Of a DNA stretch of 56,969 nucleotides, positions 10,817 to 19,353 are shown piece after piece (the first letter of the stretch is position 1; each line of letters opens with the position of its first letter). The stretch spans positions 7,547 to 64,515 of the forward strand of contig JBAZHE010000005.1 of NCBI GenBank assembly GCA_041652555.1, in the 5' to 3' direction. Below the pieces are notes generated by a model. It was not told the DNA's origin. It ran no database searches and worked only from the letters and a program-made list of their open reading frames with translations. Source of the stretch: Patescibacteria group bacterium. Lineage in GTDB: Bacteria; Patescibacteriota; Patescibacteriia; Patescibacteriales; WJLG01. A program made the translations under genes and the position numbers.

Positions 10817-11056
10817 ATGAATAATAAGATAACTAGAAAATTTTCCGGTGTAGTGTTTGGTGCCAAAATGGAAAAAACTATCGTGGTTTTAGTAGAAAGA
10901 GTTAAAAAAGATCTTAAATACGGAAAACGCTATACTTTGAGTGATAAATATAAAGTTCACGATGAAAAGAAGCAATTTAAGGAGGGTGATAAAGTTTCTT
11001 TTGTGGAATGTCGTCCATTATCTAAAGAAAAGAGATGGAGAGTCTTGTATGAGTAA
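10817..11056 (+). CDS. rpsQ: 30S ribosomal protein S17
   Basis: GVVFGAKMEKTIVVLVER...KYKVHDEKKQFKEGDKVSFVECRPLSKEKRW. Confidence 0.9.
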   Translation: MNNKITRKFSGVVFGAKMEKTIVVLVERVKKDLKYGKRYTLSDKYKVHDEKKQFKEGDKVSFVECRPLSKEKRWRVLYE

Positions 11057-11076
11057 TATAATTTAGAATTAATTTT

Positions 11077-11445
11077 ATGATATTAGTTGGAACCAAACTT
11101 AAAGTAGCCGATAATACCGGCGCCAAAATAGCCGAATGCATTCAGGTTAAAGGTGGCTATAGAAAAAGATATGGACATGTCGGCGATGTTATAGTGGCGG
11201 CTGTCAAGGAGGCTATTCCGCACGCTCCCATTAAAAAGAGTGATGTCATTAAGGCGGTTATTGTAAGGACAAGAAAAGAAATTCGCCGTACCGATGGAAC
11301 ATATTTACGCTTTGATGAAAACGCTTGCGTTGTTATTGATGATAAAGGTGAGCCCAAGGGAACAAGAATTTTCGGTCCGGTAGCGCGCGAAATAAAAAAA
11401 AGAGGGTATGCAAAAATTGCTTCTTTAGCTCCGGAAGTGCTATAA
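11077..11445 (+). CDS. rplN: 50S ribosomal protein L14
   Basis: [17 protein letters not shown]...[28 protein letters not shown]. Confidence 0.97.
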   Translation: MILVGTKLKVADNTGAKIAECIQVKGGYRKRYGHVGDVIVAAVKEAIPHAPIKKSDVIKAVIVRTRKEIRRTDGTYLRFDENACVVIDDKGEPKGTRIFGPVAREIKKRGYAKIASLAPEVL

Positions 11446-11484
11446 AGATATTAGTAGATTAGGATAATTAGGATAATATATTTT

Positions 11485-11817
11485 ATGAAGATAAAAACAG
11501 GTGATAAAGTAAAAATTTTAACAGGGAAGGACGGTGGAAAAGAAGGTAAGGTCTTGCAGGTTTTTGTCGCCAAAAATAAAGCCAGCATTGAAGGCCTTAA
11601 TTTGGCAATAAAACATTTGCGCCCTCGTCGTCAAGGCGAAAAAGGGCAGCGCATAGAATTCCCAGCGCCAATAAATCTTTCCAATTTGCTTTTGGTTTGT
11701 CAGAAATGTGGCAAAGGAACCAGAGTGAGTTTTAAATTTTCCGAAGAAACTGTTAATGACAAAAAAATAGTTAAGAAAAACAGAGTCTGCAAAAAATGCG
11801 GCAAGAATATTGATTAA
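11485..11817 (+). CDS. rplX: 50S ribosomal protein L24 (C-terminal CxxC...CxxC)
   Basis: KOW motif KTGDKVKILTGKDGGKEGKV. The C-terminus carries CQKCG...CKKCG. Confidence 0.93.
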   Translation: MKIKTGDKVKILTGKDGGKEGKVLQVFVAKNKASIEGLNLAIKHLRPRRQGEKGQRIEFPAPINLSNLLLVCQKCGKGTRVSFKFSEETVNDKKIVKKNRVCKKCGKNID

Positions 11818-11837
11818 AATATCCATATTATATTTAT

Positions 11838-12386
11838 ATGAAATTGCAAGAATTATACAAAAAACAAATAGTGCCGGCTTTGAAAGAAAAACTGAAATTG
11901 AAAAATGTCATGTCTGTTCCTCGCCTGTCTAAAGTTGTTATTAACGTCGGTTTTGGTCGGAATGTGAAAGATAAAGAATTAATCAAAGATATAGAAAATA
12001 ACTTGATAATTCTTTCTGGGCAAAAACCAGTTTTCAATAAAGCTAAAAAAGCTATTTCCGCCTTTAAAATTAGAGATGGCATGATTATCGGTGCTAAGGT
12101 TACTTTGCGTGGCAAAAGAATGTGGGATTTTGTTGAGAAGCTGGTGAATGTTTATTTTCCCCGCGTTCGCGATTTTCGCGGTTTGTCCGATAAAGCAGTT
12201 GATAATTCAGGAAATTTAACTGTCGGCTTTAAAGATATTTTGGCTTTTCCAGAAATCGAAGTTGCTGATTTTGAAAGACTACACGGCTTGGAAATTTGTT
12301 TAAATACTACTGCTGGAAATCGTAGTGCCGGGTTGGAATTCTTTCACGCCCTGAATTTCCCCTTGTTAAATAAAGAAGAAAAATAA
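11838..12386 (+). CDS. rplE: 50S ribosomal protein L5
   Basis: NVMSVPRLSKVVINVG...AKVTLRGKRMWDFVEKL...RDFRGL. Confidence 0.96.
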   Translation: MKLQELYKKQIVPALKEKLKLKNVMSVPRLSKVVINVGFGRNVKDKELIKDIENNLIILSGQKPVFNKAKKAISAFKIRDGMIIGAKVTLRGKRMWDFVEKLVNVYFPRVRDFRGLSDKAVDNSGNLTVGFKDILAFPEIEVADFERLHGLEICLNTTAGNRSAGLEFFHALNFPLLNKEEK

Positions 12387-12405
12387 ATTTAATAATTTTT
12401 AAGAT

Positions 12406-12591
12406 ATGGCTAGAAAAGCTTTGCTAATAAAGGCTAGAAGAATACCAAAATTTTCCACCCGTAAAATACGACGTTGTTGGCGTTGCGGTCGCAATCACGG
12501 TTACATTCGTGATTTTGATTTGTGCCGTATTTGCTTTCGCGAATTAGCCGAAAAAGGAGAATTGCCGGGTATTAAGAAGGCTTCTTGGTAA
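12406..12591 (+). CDS. rpsN: 30S ribosomal protein S14 type Z (zinc-binding, 61 aa)
   Basis: 61 aa. CWRCGR...CRICFRE Cys4 pattern. Position between L5 and S8. Confidence 0.95.
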   Translation: MARKALLIKARRIPKFSTRKIRRCWRCGRNHGYIRDFDLCRICFRELAEKGELPGIKKASW

Positions 12592-12623
12592 ATAGTATAT
12601 AAATACTAATTTTTGTAAATATT

Positions 12624-13028
12624 ATGACAGATCCAATAGCTGACATGCTTACTAGAATCAGAAACGCTGCTGCGGCCGGAAACGGCGAGCTTGTTTTGCC
12701 TATGAGCAGAATGAAAATGGCCATCGCTAAAATTTTAGAAGCTGAGGGCTGGGTGCAAAAATGCGAAGAGCTGGAAGGTGGAGAAAACGGCAAAGCCTTC
12801 AAGGAAATGAAGATTGTTTTGAAATACAAAAAAAGCGGCCGTCCGGCGATTTCTTCTATTAAAAGAATTAGCAAACCTGGTTTAAGAATTTATCATGGAA
12901 AGAATGATTTACCGGTAGTTTTGGGAGGCTTGGGTATAGCTATTGTTTCTACGTCGCAGGGAATCATGACTGTTAAAGAGGCTCGGGGTAAGAAGCTGGG
13001 AGGAGAAATCATCTGTGAAATATACTAA
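12624..13028 (+). CDS. rpsH: 30S ribosomal protein S8
   Basis: MTDPIADMLTRIRNA...GIAIVSTSQGIMT...GGEIICEIY. Confidence 0.96.
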   Translation: MTDPIADMLTRIRNAAAAGNGELVLPMSRMKMAIAKILEAEGWVQKCEELEGGENGKAFKEMKIVLKYKKSGRPAISSIKRISKPGLRIYHGKNDLPVVLGGLGIAIVSTSQGIMTVKEARGKKLGGEIICEIY

Positions 13029-13039
13029 AATAACTATAT

Positions 13040-13588
13040 ATGTCTAGATTAGGAAAATTACCAATTGAATTACCGAAAGAAGTCCAGGCCAGATTGGATG
13101 GAGATTTTATTATTGTAAAAGGGCCGAAGGGTGAGTTAAAAGAAAAAATAAATCCGAACGTTAAGGTGGAAATTGCCGAAGGAAAAATTTCTGTTTCGGT
13201 TTTTAATAGTGATAATAAAAAAATCGGAGCTTTATGGGGTTTATATCGTAATTTGATTAATAATTTAGTGCTCGGTGTTTCCGTGGGGTTTGAGAAGAAA
13301 ATGGAAATTAATGGTGTTGGTTATAAAGTGGCCTCCGCTGGGAGAAAACTTATTTTAAACGTAGGTTATTCTCATCCAGTTGACTTTCCTTTACCCGTCG
13401 GCATTGAAGGAAAGGTAGAAAATAATATTATTACGGTTTTAGGAATTGATAAAAAATTAGTTGGTGAAACGGCTGCTAAGATAAGAAAGATTAAAGAACC
13501 AGAACCGTACAAGGGTAAAGGTATAAAATATGTTGATGAAGTTATTAGAAGAAAAGAGGGTAAGGTGGCGGCTGGAAAGAGTGAATAG
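13040..13588 (+). CDS. rplF: 50S ribosomal protein L6
   Basis: MSRLGKLPIELPKEV...GVGYKV...EPYKGKGIKY. Confidence 0.96.
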   Translation: MSRLGKLPIELPKEVQARLDGDFIIVKGPKGELKEKINPNVKVEIAEGKISVSVFNSDNKKIGALWGLYRNLINNLVLGVSVGFEKKMEINGVGYKVASAGRKLILNVGYSHPVDFPLPVGIEGKVENNIITVLGIDKKLVGETAAKIRKIKEPEPYKGKGIKYVDEVIRRKEGKVAAGKSE

Positions 13589-13628
13589 GGTATAAAGTTA
13601 TATAATCATAAAAACATAGTTAACAAAT

Positions 13629-13982
13629 ATGAATACGCAAAAAGCTAAACAAATAAGAAAAATCAGACGGCACAAGAGGATTCGTTCTAAAATAAAAGGC
13701 ACGGCCGCTAAGCCGCGGTTGTCTGTTTTTCGCTCCAACAATGGGATGTTTCTTCAATTAATTGATGACGAGCGCAGCTTGACTTTAGCTTCCGCTAAAA
13801 CTTCCGCTTCCAAGAAGAATCAGAAAAAAAGCGAATTAGCTTTTGTTGCTGGCAAAGAATTGGCGGAAAAAGCTGTCGCTGATAAAATTTCTTTTGTTGT
13901 TTTTGATAAAGGCCCTTATAAATTTCATGGTCGCGTCAAGGCGGCGGCTGATGGCGCCCGTGAAGGCGGCTTGAAATTCTAA
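13629..13982 (+). CDS. rplR: 50S ribosomal protein L18
   Basis: RRHKRIRSKIKGTAAKPRLSVFRSN...VFDKGPYKFHGRVKAAADGAREGGLKF. Confidence 0.95.
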   Translation: MNTQKAKQIRKIRRHKRIRSKIKGTAAKPRLSVFRSNNGMFLQLIDDERSLTLASAKTSASKKNQKKSELAFVAGKELAEKAVADKISFVVFDKGPYKFHGRVKAAADGAREGGLKF

Positions 13983-13991
13983 AATATTTAT

Positions 13992-14630
13992 ATGATAAAA
14001 GACGACAAAAATATCAAAGAGACGGCGATGAAAATAGAGCCCGCTAAAGTCGCTGACAATATATCTTCCTCTAAAGATGCTTTTTCTGAAAAAGGCCGTG
14101 GACGGCGCAGTTTTGGTCCAAAAAAGTTTGGTTCTCGTTCGGAAAAGCCCAAGGAAGAATTTGAACAGAGAATTTTGGAGATTGCCCGCGTTACTCGTGT
14201 TATGGCTGGTGGTAAGAGAATGCGTTTTCGTGCTTGCGTGGCTATTGGCGACAAAAAGGGTCATGTCGGTGTTGGTGTTGGCAAAGGCGTTGATGTTACT
14301 TTGGCCGTTAATAAGGCTGTGAATAAAGCAAAGAAAGAAATGGTTGATGTGCCGATGATTAAAGATTCTGTTCCGCATCAGATTTATAATAAATATTGCG
14401 CTGCTAAAATTTTGATTAAGCCGGCCGGAAAGGGTCGTGGTGTAGTAGCTGGTGGCGCGGCGCGCGTTATTTTTGAGCTGGCCGGAATCAGAAATATTTC
14501 CAGTAAATCTTTAGGCTCCAGTAATAAAATTAGTTGCGCACGCTGTACGATTGAAGCTTTGAAAAAATTAAAAAGAGTAGAACAGCCGTCAGCTAAAAAG
14601 GAAAAGCCAGGAGATAAAGAAGTAAAATAA
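13992..14630 (+). CDS. rpsE: 30S ribosomal protein S5 (N-terminal extension)
   Basis: Core RVTRVMAGGKRMRFRACVAIGDKKGHVGVGVGKG. About 50 extra N-terminal residues. Confidence 0.93.
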   Translation: MIKDDKNIKETAMKIEPAKVADNISSSKDAFSEKGRGRRSFGPKKFGSRSEKPKEEFEQRILEIARVTRVMAGGKRMRFRACVAIGDKKGHVGVGVGKGVDVTLAVNKAVNKAKKEMVDVPMIKDSVPHQIYNKYCAAKILIKPAGKGRGVVAGGAARVIFELAGIRNISSKSLGSSNKISCARCTIEALKKLKRVEQPSAKKEKPGDKEVK

Positions 14631-14647
14631 TAAGTAATAAGAAAAAT

Positions 14648-15046
14648 ATGTTAAGTTTGAATAATATAAAAGCTAAGGAAGGTCAGAAAAAAACCAGACG
14701 CGTCGGCCGCGGACACGGCTCCGGTCGTGGTTGTTATTCTGGCAAAGGGCAGAAAGGCCAACATTCTCGTGCTGGTGTTTCCGGACTAAAACGTCTTGGC
14801 ATGAGACCGAGAATACTCCAGACTCCAAAATTGCGTGGCTTTAATTCGATACATCCAAAAAATCAAGTGGTTTCCATTGAGGAAATAAATGCTAATTTTA
14901 AAGACGGTGACAAAATAACAGCCAATATTCTTTTGCAGAAAGGCTTGATTAAGCGCACTAATCAACCGGTAAAAATTTTGGGTAAAGATAGGCTTACTGT
15001 TAAAGTTGAATTTAAGGGAATAAAATTGAGCAAAAGCGTGAAATAG
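14648..15046 (+). CDS. rplO: 50S ribosomal protein L15
   Basis: RRVGRGHGSGRG..SGKGQKGQ..R motif. Follows S5 after only a 17-nt gap, so there is no L30 gene. Confidence 0.93.
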   Translation: MLSLNNIKAKEGQKKTRRVGRGHGSGRGCYSGKGQKGQHSRAGVSGLKRLGMRPRILQTPKLRGFNSIHPKNQVVSIEEINANFKDGDKITANILLQKGLIKRTNQPVKILGKDRLTVKVEFKGIKLSKSVK

Positions 15047-15108
15047 TAAATGGTATTATTATAAATAATGAATAAAATTTATAATTTATAATTTATAATT
15101 AATAGGGT

Positions 15109-16380
15109 ATGTACGAAAAATTTTTAAAAATTTTGCAAGCCAAAGATTTACGTAACAAAATCCTTTTTGTTTTAGGACTATTGGTTGTTTTTCGTTTGTT
15201 TGCTCATATCCCAGTGTCCGGAGTAGATGTAGCGTCTTTACGTTCGCTTTTTTCTTCCAACCAGATGCTCGGGCTTTTGAATATTTTTTCCGGTGGTAGT
15301 ATGCAAAATTTTTCTATTGTGATGATGGGCATCGGTCCCTATATTACTTCGTCTATTATTTTTCAGCTTTTAGCAATGATCGTCCCTTCTTTGGAGGAAA
15401 TGCAGAAAGATGAAGTCGGACGCCAAAAAATAAACATGTGGACGCGTTGGCTAACTGTTCCGCTTGGATTTATGCAATCTTATGGAATGATTACTATTTT
15501 ACAACGTTCTTCCGGAGGAGTTATTGGTGCAATCGCCACTTTTGATAAAATAGTTATGATTATCACGATTACAGCTGGAACGGTTTTTTTGATGTGGCTA
15601 GGAGAATTGATTAGTGAAAAAAAAATTGGCAACGGCGTTTCAATTTTGATTTTTGCTGGTATCGTGGTTGATTTACCGGGTGTAGTTCAGCGCACTGCCG
15701 CTACTTACAATGCGGCAGAATTGCCAAAAATTTTAGCTTTCTTAGTTATTGCTTTAATTACCATTTGGGGAATCGTTAAAATTAATGAAGCGCAAAGAAA
15801 TATTCCGATTCAGCATGCCCGTCAAATTCGTGGTAATCGCTCTTTTGGCGGAACGACTACGAGTTTGCCGTTGCGTGTTAATATGGGTGGCGTCATCCCG
15901 ATAATCTTCGCCATCTCTGTTATTCTTTTTCCGTCAATGATTGCCCAGTTTTTTATTAATGCTAAAACCGATTGGATTGTGAGTGCCTCTCATTGGGTTT
16001 TAGGGGTGATGCAAAATAATTTGATCTACGGCATTCTTTATTTTGTAATGGTTTTTGCCTTCACCTATTTTTACACGGAAGTTATTTTTCATCCGGAAAG
16101 AATTGCCGAAAATTTGCAGAAGCAGGGCGCGTTTATTCCTGGTATCCGTCCGGGTACGCATACTAAGGATTATTTGTCTTATACTGCTTATCGTATAATT
16201 TTTATTGGCGCTTTATTCTTAGCTGTGATTGCTGTCATGCCATTAGTTTTGAAGCAATTCACTGGTATGCAACAATTAGCAATCGGCGGTACTAGTATTT
16301 TAATCGTTGTTTCAGTGGTTATTGACATAGTAAAGCAAATTGAAGCCCAGCTCACGATGAGGGAATATGAAGTTAACTAG
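15109..16380 (+). CDS. secY: preprotein translocase subunit SecY
   Basis: 423 aa, about 10 hydrophobic segments, SecY motifs (GIGPYITSSIIFQLL, WLGELISEKKIGNGVSILIF). Confidence 0.97.
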   Translation: MYEKFLKILQAKDLRNKILFVLGLLVVFRLFAHIPVSGVDVASLRSLFSSNQMLGLLNIFSGGSMQNFSIVMMGIGPYITSSIIFQLLAMIVPSLEEMQKDEVGRQKINMWTRWLTVPLGFMQSYGMITILQRSSGGVIGAIATFDKIVMIITITAGTVFLMWLGELISEKKIGNGVSILIFAGIVVDLPGVVQRTAATYNAAELPKILAFLVIALITIWGIVKINEAQRNIPIQHARQIRGNRSFGGTTTSLPLRVNMGGVIPIIFAISVILFPSMIAQFFINAKTDWIVSASHWVLGVMQNNLIYGILYFVMVFAFTYFYTEVIFHPERIAENLQKQGAFIPGIRPGTHTKDYLSYTAYRIIFIGALFLAVIAVMPLVLKQFTGMQQLAIGGTSILIVVSVVIDIVKQIEAQLTMREYEVN

Positions 16381-16402
16381 TATCTTGAATATTGAATAAA
16401 AA

Positions 16403-16425
16403 AGCCTTTTTAAAAGGGCTTTTTT
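16403..16425 (+). terminator. rho-independent terminator after secY
   Basis: agcctttt-t-aaaagggct hairpin (one bulge) followed by TTTTT. Confidence 0.6.
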
Positions 16426-16480
16426 GTTTATTTTTTTTGTAGTATAATAATAGTATTAATAAGTACGAGATGTAAAAAAT

Positions 16481-16792
16481 ATGACTATTTTTGATTTATT
16501 TAGTAGAATACCAAAACCTGGGGCTGGGTTTAATTTTAGTGATCCTGACGATGGGCTGGAAGTTAGGCTAAAAGCCCTGGTTTTGCGCAGTCCAAATTTT
16601 CAGAACTTGCAAAATAATATAAAAGTTATTTTGGATGTCTTAAGGGAATATGGACATTATCTACGTTCCGGCGGTCTGTCTTTTTGGCAGAAAAGAACTA
16701 TTTTGGAAAAAATAAAAAAAACTGATCACACACTAACCGAGGAGGATATAAAAGATGTAAAAAAAATTCTAAATAAACTGGGAAGAGAATGA
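16481..16792 (+). CDS. hypothetical protein (103 aa)
   Basis: Clean ORF between secY and adk. No recognisable motif. Confidence 0.55.
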   Translation: MTIFDLFSRIPKPGAGFNFSDPDDGLEVRLKALVLRSPNFQNLQNNIKVILDVLREYGHYLRSGGLSFWQKRTILEKIKKTDHTLTEEDIKDVKKILNKLGRE

Positions 16793-16826
16793 GAAGTTTT
16801 GTTATAAATTTTAAAGATAAAAGATT

Positions 16827-17420
16827 ATGCCGTTTTTTACTGCTAATTCTTTAAGAAAATCTTTAGTTGGTAAGGTTTTAAGTGCTAGCTTAAAGAAGAA
16901 TCTATCTGTTGCCGGTGCGAATCAAGGAAAAACAGTGCATTTTTTAGTTGAAAAACTCACTGGAAAAAATGAAGATGATAGAAAGAAGATTTATTCTAAG
17001 CTAGGTCTTTCTGTTTATGGCCGCAAGGAAGTTGAAGGTAAAATAAATGAAGGTGTTAAAGCTTTTTCCGGTGCCGAGAAGGCTCGGATAAAAAGAGAAG
17101 CAAATGAAAAAAAACGTATGAATGTAAGGCTTTCGCATGTTTTTTCCGAAGATAGCGGGTCTAGTTACGGATCAAGTCTTGGGCGTTTTGCTGGTGGTGT
17201 GACGCAACGCCGTTCGCGTGTTGGCGCTTCGGCCTCAGCACGGATAACTAACCCGTCAATTAAAAAAGATGAGACAGGAATTTTTTCTAAATCGTCTGAC
17301 CCCAAGAATAATAAGGACGAAAAAATTAAAAAAGGTTTTGCCGAACAAACTAAGGATAGAGAGAAGAATAATCACTCATCTAATCCACCCGCACGTCCAA
17401 TCGGGCTTGGTAGTTTATAA
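16827..17420 (+). CDS. hypothetical protein (197 aa, basic, low-complexity C-terminus)
   Basis: Clean ORF ending 4 nt before adk. No recognisable motif. Confidence 0.55.
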   Translation: MPFFTANSLRKSLVGKVLSASLKKNLSVAGANQGKTVHFLVEKLTGKNEDDRKKIYSKLGLSVYGRKEVEGKINEGVKAFSGAEKARIKREANEKKRMNVRLSHVFSEDSGSSYGSSLGRFAGGVTQRRSRVGASASARITNPSIKKDETGIFSKSSDPKNNKDEKIKKGFAEQTKDREKNNHSSNPPARPIGLGSL

Positions 17421-17423
17421 GTT

Positions 17424-18080
17424 ATGAATAAAAAAATGTTTTTGATATTTATTGGTCCTCCGGGGTCTGGCAAGGGGACGCAAACGGATATGCTGGCGGA
17501 GAAATTAGAAATTCCGGCGGTGTCACCGGGTGAGCTTTTGCGTCAAGAAGTGAAAAATAAAACTATTATTGGACGCAAGATTGAGAAGATTTTAGCTTCA
17601 GGAAAATTTGTTGAAAATGATATAGTAGAAGAACTTTTGAAAAAGCGCTTAGCGAAAAAAGACGCTAAGAGTGGTGTGATTTTTGATGGCTTTCCGCGCA
17701 ATTTTGCTCAGATGTCTTTCTTGGAAAAAAAATTAGAAAATTCCGGAAAAAATAAAAATAAAATTTTAGTCGTATATATACATATTAGCGATAAAGAGGC
17801 GAAGAAGCGCTTGTCACGCCGTCGTGTTTGCTTCTGTGGTGCTACTTATCATTTAGACTATAATCCGCCAAAGAAAAAAGATATCTGTGATGTTTGCGGT
17901 AAGAGATTAATGCATCGCGCTGATGATAAGCCAGACGTGGTTACTCGACGTCTAAAACTTTTTCATAAAGAAAATGATCCAATTATGAAACATTTTGTCA
18001 AAGAAAAAATATTAGTAAAAATAAATGGCGAACAAACAATAGATAAAATTCAGAAAGATATTTTAAAATACGTAATTTAA
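17424..18080 (+). CDS. adk: adenylate kinase (zinc-lid type)
   Basis: P-loop GPPGSGKGTQ. Lid CFCG...CDVCG. DGFPR motif. Confidence 0.95.
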   Translation: MNKKMFLIFIGPPGSGKGTQTDMLAEKLEIPAVSPGELLRQEVKNKTIIGRKIEKILASGKFVENDIVEELLKKRLAKKDAKSGVIFDGFPRNFAQMSFLEKKLENSGKNKNKILVVYIHISDKEAKKRLSRRRVCFCGATYHLDYNPPKKKDICDVCGKRLMHRADDKPDVVTRRLKLFHKENDPIMKHFVKEKILVKINGEQTIDKIQKDILKYVI

Positions 18081-18107
18081 TACGTAATTAATTACGTATA
18101 TAATTAT

Positions 18108-18938
18108 ATGGTTAGTATTAAATCAAAAGAAGAAATAGTGATTTTGCGTCAGGGCGGAAAGATTCTTGGCCGTATTTTGCGTGCGGTTGCAGACAAAGCT
18201 AAAATTGGCGTTAGCACGGCTGAATTGGAGGAAATAGCTTGTGCCTTAATAGAAAAGAGTGGTGGAAGGCCGGCTTTTAAAAATTACGAGATTCATAATG
18301 GGCGTTATTTTCCAACTGCTTTGTGTACTTCAATTAACGAAGAAATTGTTCACGGTCCAGCCGTGCCTGGGCGTATTTTAAAGAATGGCGACCTTCTAAG
18401 TATTGATATTGGCATGGAATGGCCGGTAAGAAAAGCCGAACAAAAAAAAATCGGTATAAGCAATTCTCATTCTTCAGATGGCGGTTTTTATACTGACACC
18501 GCTTTGAGTGTGCCGATCGGAAAAATTAGCGCTAAGAATGCCAAGCTTTTGCGAGTTACTAAAAAATCTTTAGAAATAGGCATAGCCGAAGCGCGACCTG
18601 GCAATACTTTAAATAACCTCGGCCGAGCCATCCAACGATATGTAGAAAAAAACGGTTTTTCCGTGGTGCGAGATTTGGTTGGTCATGGAGTCGGTTATCA
18701 AGTACATGAAAGTGCACCGGAAGTTTTTAATTATGAATTTACTAAATATGGAATTCCAGATACTATCTTAAAGCCGGGAATGGTAATTGCTATTGAACCA
18801 ATGATAACTGCCGGCAGTTATCACATCAAAAGTGGTCGTGGTGGCTATGCTATGGTAACAGCCGACGGTTCAATGGCCGCCCACTTTGAACACACTGTGG
18901 CGATTAAAGAAAAAGGGAATATTGTTATTACAGAATGA
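18108..18938 (+). CDS. map: type I methionine aminopeptidase (with about 19-aa insertion between the metal-binding Asp residues)
   Basis: HG...D..SID....DTA...VGHGVG...EP...EHTV metal-ligand pattern. Ends with TGA. Confidence 0.93.
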   Translation: MVSIKSKEEIVILRQGGKILGRILRAVADKAKIGVSTAELEEIACALIEKSGGRPAFKNYEIHNGRYFPTALCTSINEEIVHGPAVPGRILKNGDLLSIDIGMEWPVRKAEQKKIGISNSHSSDGGFYTDTALSVPIGKISAKNAKLLRVTKKSLEIGIAEARPGNTLNNLGRAIQRYVEKNGFSVVRDLVGHGVGYQVHESAPEVFNYEFTKYGIPDTILKPGMVIAIEPMITAGSYHIKSGRGGYAMVTADGSMAAHFEHTVAIKEKGNIVITE

Positions 18939-18948
18939 ATTTAATTAA

Positions 18949-19353
18949 ATGCAAGAAGAATTAAAAATTTATCTTGGGGTTGATTGGGGTGAGAAGAGGA
19001 TTGGTTTGGCTTTGGGGGATAGCGAAACAAAGGTTGCCACGCCCTTTAAGACTGTTTCTAGCGCCAAGGAAGTAGCAGAGGTTATCTATGAGGAGATTAT
19101 AGATGTTTTAGTTTTGGGTGAGCCGATTAAAATGAGAGGGGAGGATAATGGTTTGAATAAAGATTTTTTGATTTTTTTGGAAGAATTAAAAAAACTTTTA
19201 CCAAATATTAAAATAGAGTTGATTGATGAGCGATTATCTAGTCAGGAAGCCGATAAAATGCCAGGAAACAAAAAAACCAAAGCCAGCCGCGATGAAATAT
19301 CAGCCATGATAATATTACAAAATTACCTGGATAAAAATGGAACCAACTTTTAA
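18949..19353 (+). CDS. ruvX: YqgF/RuvX-like putative Holliday junction resolvase / pre-16S rRNA nuclease
   Basis: LGVDWGEKRIGLALGD N-terminus and DERLSSQEA motif, typical of the YqgF family. Confidence 0.85.
   Translation: MQEELKIYLGVDWGEKRIGLALGDSETKVATPFKTVSSAKEVAEVIYEEIIDVLVLGEPIKMRGEDNGLNKDFLIFLEELKKLLPNIKIELIDERLSSQEADKMPGNKKTKASRDEISAMIILQNYLDKNGTNF

Noticed and set aside
374-14378. Numerous antisense or out-of-frame ORFs inside ribosomal protein, fusA and tuf genes (for example 374-679, 3955-4176, 5908-6282, 13836-14378)
   Set aside because: They overlap strongly supported conserved genes. Their translations are low-complexity with no motifs.
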